A stretch of DNA of 56,767 nucleotides from a virus. Lineage: Duplodnaviria; Caudoviricetes. Below, in pieces: positions 53,745 to 56,767 of the stretch. The stretch's first letter is position 1; every line of letters starts with the position of its first letter. The stretch is from the IMG/VR virus record IMGVR_UViG_3300036717_000095, positions 1-56,767 of that record; one strand, written 5' to 3'. The notes under the pieces were generated by a model, which was not told the origin of the DNA, ran no database searches, and worked only from the letters and a program-made list of their open reading frames with translations. Made by a program: the position numbers and the translations under genes.

Positions 53745-54358
53745 AAACTCCTCTACAGATTCGTGAAAACCGATGCGTAAGGTGCGGTGCTCCTATCTCG
53801 ATGCACTCTTCTTTCTCGCTTTGCAAAACATGCCGAAGGCTTTTCTGGTCCAAACACGGGGTGCCCATGATCGAATTTCGTAGCGGCGATATTCTGAAGG
53901 ATGAATCGGAGGCACTCGTCAACCCAGTGAATTGCGTCGGTATCATGGGTCGCGGCCTTGCCTTACAGTTCAAGGACACTTATCCCGACAACTTCAAATT
54001 CTATGCAGCAGCTTGCCAGCGCAATGAAGTCCAGCCGGGGCGAATGCTGGTGTTCGAAACAGGAAAGCTCTCGCCGCCACACTACATCATTAACTTTCCA
54101 ACCAAGCGACACTGGCGAGACAAGAGCCGGATCGAGGATATCCAGGGTGGGTTGAAGACGTTGGTGGAAGAGGTTCTGGCCCGTGGTATTTGGTCAATTG
54201 CTATTCCATCGCTGGGGAGCGGATTAGGTGGACTCGATTGGGCGACCGTCAGACCGCATATCGAGGACGCGGCAAAAATACTTGCCGATGTTTGCGTTTG
54301 CGTGGTAGTTTACGAACCGAAAATGCCGGGAGTAAAGCAGCAATCGATAGTGAAATAA
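53741..54358 (+). CDS. macrodomain protein, DarG-like, with optional N-terminal Zn ribbon
   Basis: GDIL....EALVNPVNCVGIMGRGLALQFK, IINFPTKRHWR..S.IE.I, SIAIP.LG.GLGGLDW; GTG start overlapping the upstream stop; alternative ATG 53867. Confidence 0.85.
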   Translation: MKTPLQIRENRCVRCGAPISMHSSFSLCKTCRRLFWSKHGVPMIEFRSGDILKDESEALVNPVNCVGIMGRGLALQFKDTYPDNFKFYAAACQRNEVQPGRMLVFETGKLSPPHYIINFPTKRHWRDKSRIEDIQGGLKTLVEEVLARGIWSIAIPSLGSGLGGLDWATVRPHIEDAAKILADVCVCVVVYEPKMPGVKQQSIVK

Positions 54359-54467
54359 TTTCGCTATTATGCCACTTTATATGAGTGAAAATAAAATTTC
54401 TCAGTTGTTGGGTAGTGTCCTAAACTTGCGTTGAAGAAAACAGCAGTCGGTAACTGGAAAAACGGCC

Positions 54468-54698
54468 TCAGCCTTGACGACGCTTACGCACATTTGGAAG
54501 ATGTTTTTGAGGCACTTCTGGAATAACGTAGTCGCCCTCAGTTCTCCAACGAATACGGCCTCGCAGTGCCGCGTTCCTGACACGTTCAGGCAAGCATATC
54601 TTGCAAAACGGGTTCTCTTGGTACTCAAGCCCCGTGCACGTCATCTCTCGCCCACAGTAACGGCAGCGTCGAATCCTAGCCAAAATCATCTCTGCCAT
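54468..54698 (-). CDS. small Zn-finger protein (CRYC...CKIC)
   Basis: RRCRYCGREM....Y.ENPFCKICL.ER. Confidence 0.6.
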   Translation of the reverse strand: MAEMILARIRRCRYCGREMTCTGLEYQENPFCKICLPERVRNAALRGRIRWRTEGDYVIPEVPQKHLPNVRKRRQG

Positions 54699-55121
54699 GG
54701 CGGCAAGATTAGGACACTACCCAGTTGTTGTACTTTGCCTTCCCCTTGCGAACCACTCGATACTGCGGCGCACCGAGCCGCTGTACCTGGCGCTCAAGGA
54801 TGTCAATCCTCTCGCCCAGTTCGGTTCCGAGTTTGCACGAGCCAGCGAGCGTGATCCGTGAGCAGTTGGGTGTGGTCGGGATCGTGTGTTGAGGCCAATT
54901 TGAGTGCATCCTTGACCTGCCGTTGCAGCTTCCAGAAGCCCCTCGTTTCCCCTAGCCAAAACGTTAGTTTTTCGGTTGTTTGCGGGTCAGTCAAATTCAG
55001 TCGTCCCAGCCTTGATATGTCATGTCGAAGCCCTCCCGTTTCAGCGTTGTATTATGCCGCTTAAACTCCAAGCTGCTTAATACGCTTCTCGGTCGCTTTG
55101 CTTTTGCCATAGTAAACTTTT

Positions 55122-55343
55122 TTACGGAGTCGTGAGTCCCAACATCGCAGCCACTGATTCCTTGGCGGCTGCGGTTTTATTCTTCGTTCTCTTCCTGTAC
55201 TGCCGTGGTATCTCCGAGATCAAAAGTTCCACGAGTTGCCGGGTGGCTTCCAGCCTGGTATCGGCGGGCAGGTTTTCGCTTGCCTTGTCTGCGGCGATCT
55301 CAATCAATACTTTCTTCAGCCGTTGCCTTGTGTTAACGGGCAT
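55122..55343 (-). CDS. hypothetical basic helical protein (73 aa)
   Basis: Amphipathic helices, basic tail. Confidence 0.5.
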   Translation of the reverse strand: MPVNTRQRLKKVLIEIAADKASENLPADTRLEATRQLVELLISEIPRQYRKRTKNKTAAAKESVAAMLGLTTP

Positions 55344-55767
55344 AATTTAGGGCGGGTGCGGGGATGGGGGCAAGCGGGGGCCTTTGCATCCCCGCATGGT
55401 TAGAAGAGGAACGTAACTACTTTCCATGCTCCGTGCGCGGTTTTCACCGGGTGGACCACGGGATAGGACACGACCTTGGCGGTACGCTTCACAACATGGC
55501 CGACAACATGAGCCGGAGCAGCCGAGGCGAAACCGCACAAGATCAGCGAGAGAAAGAGTGCAGAGAGCTTTTTCATTGGAGTCCTTTTGTACCGGTTTTA
55601 GCAAAATTTTCACATGGCCAAGATAATTAACATGGCCAAGTCCAATGTCAATCTCTTTTAAGCGAGAGCGATTCTTTTTTAGGGAAGAGCACGGTGACCG
55701 TGCTCCTCCTAGCGATTGGTTACTTGTCTTTAGCGATCAGCAAGAGCCAGCAATCGCGCTGGGAAAA

Positions 55768-55989
55768 CTAGTCTTTGCGGTTTGGTTGAACCGTGCCATG
55801 ATGCTGTTTCGCTTTCACGGCGGCACTTTCAGTAACCTTGTCCACGTCCTTGGACGTTCCAACATACACGTTGGGGTGTAACCCACGGCTCATGCCTAAA
55901 CCTTCGCGTTTAAGGATGTCTTCCCAGTAGGCAGGATCGGTTCTGGATGTGTCTATTGTTTCAGGTGGAACGGGTGTTAATCTTTTCAT
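55768..55989 (-). CDS. hypothetical protein (73 aa)
   Basis: Follows the HTH gene after a 7-nt gap. Confidence 0.55.
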   Translation of the reverse strand: MKRLTPVPPETIDTSRTDPAYWEDILKREGLGMSRGLHPNVYVGTSKDVDKVTESAAVKAKQHHGTVQPNRKD

Positions 55990-55996
55990 GGGCCAG

Positions 55997-56305
55997 TTAG
56001 CATGTCCCTGGTACTATTGGCAAAGATACCCTCTTTTTAGACAACCTATCTAGCACCATTTCAACGGCTTTCAAGGTTTCCCCTAGTTCGTCTGCGATCT
56101 CTTGGGCGGACTGGTTGTTGCACCAATACAAGATGGCGATGGTGGATTGACGCACCTCTCTGTCACCGCATACATGGTTTAGGATGGTAGAAGGTTTAAT
56201 AGCCCAACTTGGACGGTTCTTCCGAGCGTTGGTGAGTTTAATAGGGGGCGGCGGAACGGCTGTGATCTCTGCGTAATGTTCGGCAACATCTTGATTTTGA
56301 AACAT
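55997..56305 (-). CDS. sigma70 region-4-like HTH protein
   Basis: RQ..IA.LYW....SAQEIADELG.T.KAV...L.R; SD AGGAGG. Confidence 0.7.
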   Translation of the reverse strand: MFQNQDVAEHYAEITAVPPPPIKLTNARKNRPSWAIKPSTILNHVCGDREVRQSTIAILYWCNNQSAQEIADELGETLKAVEMVLDRLSKKRVSLPIVPGTC

Positions 56306-56353
56306 GGTTTCCTCCTGTCTGCGCTCAAACTCTTTTGGATAGTTCCCTAATTT

Positions 56354-56397
56354 ATTATACTAGACTATTGACACGATGTCACATTCTTGGGTAGAAT
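56354..56397. promoter_or_regulatory. overlapping divergent sigma70 promoters with central palindrome
   Basis: + strand TTGACA(56368)-18-TAGAAT(56392); - strand GTGACA(56382)-17-TATAAT(56359); TGACA-cga-TGTCA dyad. Confidence 0.7.
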
Positions 56398-56483
56398 TGT
56401 TTTTTAGGAACAGTTAAAATCAGGGCGGCGATTGACGTTCTACACCGCGAAGAGTCGGGCGATTGCAGGAGGGCACTACATAA

Positions 56484-56767
56484 ATGAAATACGAAGGAAA
56501 AGTTACCGAGCAGGCGAAAACCGTGTACGCCAGAGGTTGCACCTCGCTCACCGAACTGAAGGCCGAGCAGGCGAAAACCGTGTACGCCAGAGGTTGCACC
56601 TCGCTCACCGAACTGAAGGCCGAGCAGGCGGAAACCGTGGACGCCAGCGGTTGCACCTCGCTCACCGAACTGAAGGCCGAGCAGGCGAAAACCGTGTACG
56701 CCAGCGGTTGCACCTCGCTCACCGAACTGAAGGCCGAGCAGGCGAAAACCGTGTACGCCAGCGGTTG
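56484..56767 (+). CDS. LRR-like 19-aa repeat protein (truncated by window end)
   Basis: MKYEGKVT then (EQAKTVYA[R/S]GCTSLTELKA)n; SD AGGAGG; missing from the ORF track because there is no stop. Confidence 0.8.
   Translation, partial: MKYEGKVTEQAKTVYARGCTSLTELKAEQAKTVYARGCTSLTELKAEQAETVDASGCTSLTELKAEQAKTVYASGCTSLTELKAEQAKTVYASG
56506..56767 (+). repeat. 57-bp coding tandem repeat, at least 4.6 copies
   Basis: Units start at 56506, 56563, 56620, 56677 and 56734 (CCGAGCAGGCG...). Confidence 0.95.

Noticed and set aside
55612-55640. ACATGGCCAAG direct repeat
   Set aside because: Only two 11-bp copies with no supporting context
56420-56722. Minus-strand 100-aa repeat ORF
   Set aside because: Antisense shadow of the LRR-like gene, which has the promoter and SD
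56506-56767. 57-bp repeats as a CRISPR array
   Set aside because: The units are contiguous with no unique spacers, have a period divisible by 3 and lie in an open frame with SD and ATG; no cas genes

Overview
A 56.8-kb segment of a tailed dsDNA bacteriophage (Caudoviricetes) with podovirus-like gene order. Both ends are truncated: the left end falls inside a CDS and the right end inside a 57-bp coding tandem repeat. From left to right: (i) a + strand nucleotide-metabolism block (HAD 5'-nucleotidase, DUF5664-like dNTP diphosphohydrolase, MazG, ClpP-like protease) ending at a bidirectional terminator. (ii) A ~42-kb - strand late region. It holds ejection/DNA-transfer-like proteins, a tail nozzle and adaptors, a histidine phosphatase, major capsid, scaffold, portal and a large terminase interrupted by an Ala-start class-3-type intein. 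It continues with a ~15-kb block of Gly/Ser/Thr/Cys-rich fibre-like proteins (one of 2670 aa), six of which carry Sec-type signal peptides with Gln at +1, then a SleB-type cell-wall hydrolase and a tRNA-Met(CAT). (iii) A divergent sigma70 promoter region. (iv) A + strand array of small early genes separated by a family of related, apparently bistable hairpin elements, ending in metallophosphoesterase and DarG-like macrodomain genes. (v) A few - strand genes, a second divergent promoter pair and an LRR-like repeat gene. No integrase, polymerase, reverse transcriptase or CRISPR array is visible. The most unusual signals are the secreted fibre-like cluster, the intergenic hairpin family in the early region, recurrent CGGAUU-loop hairpins in the head operon and two candidate structured ncRNAs. 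All family assignments come from motif recognition by eye, not from database searches.
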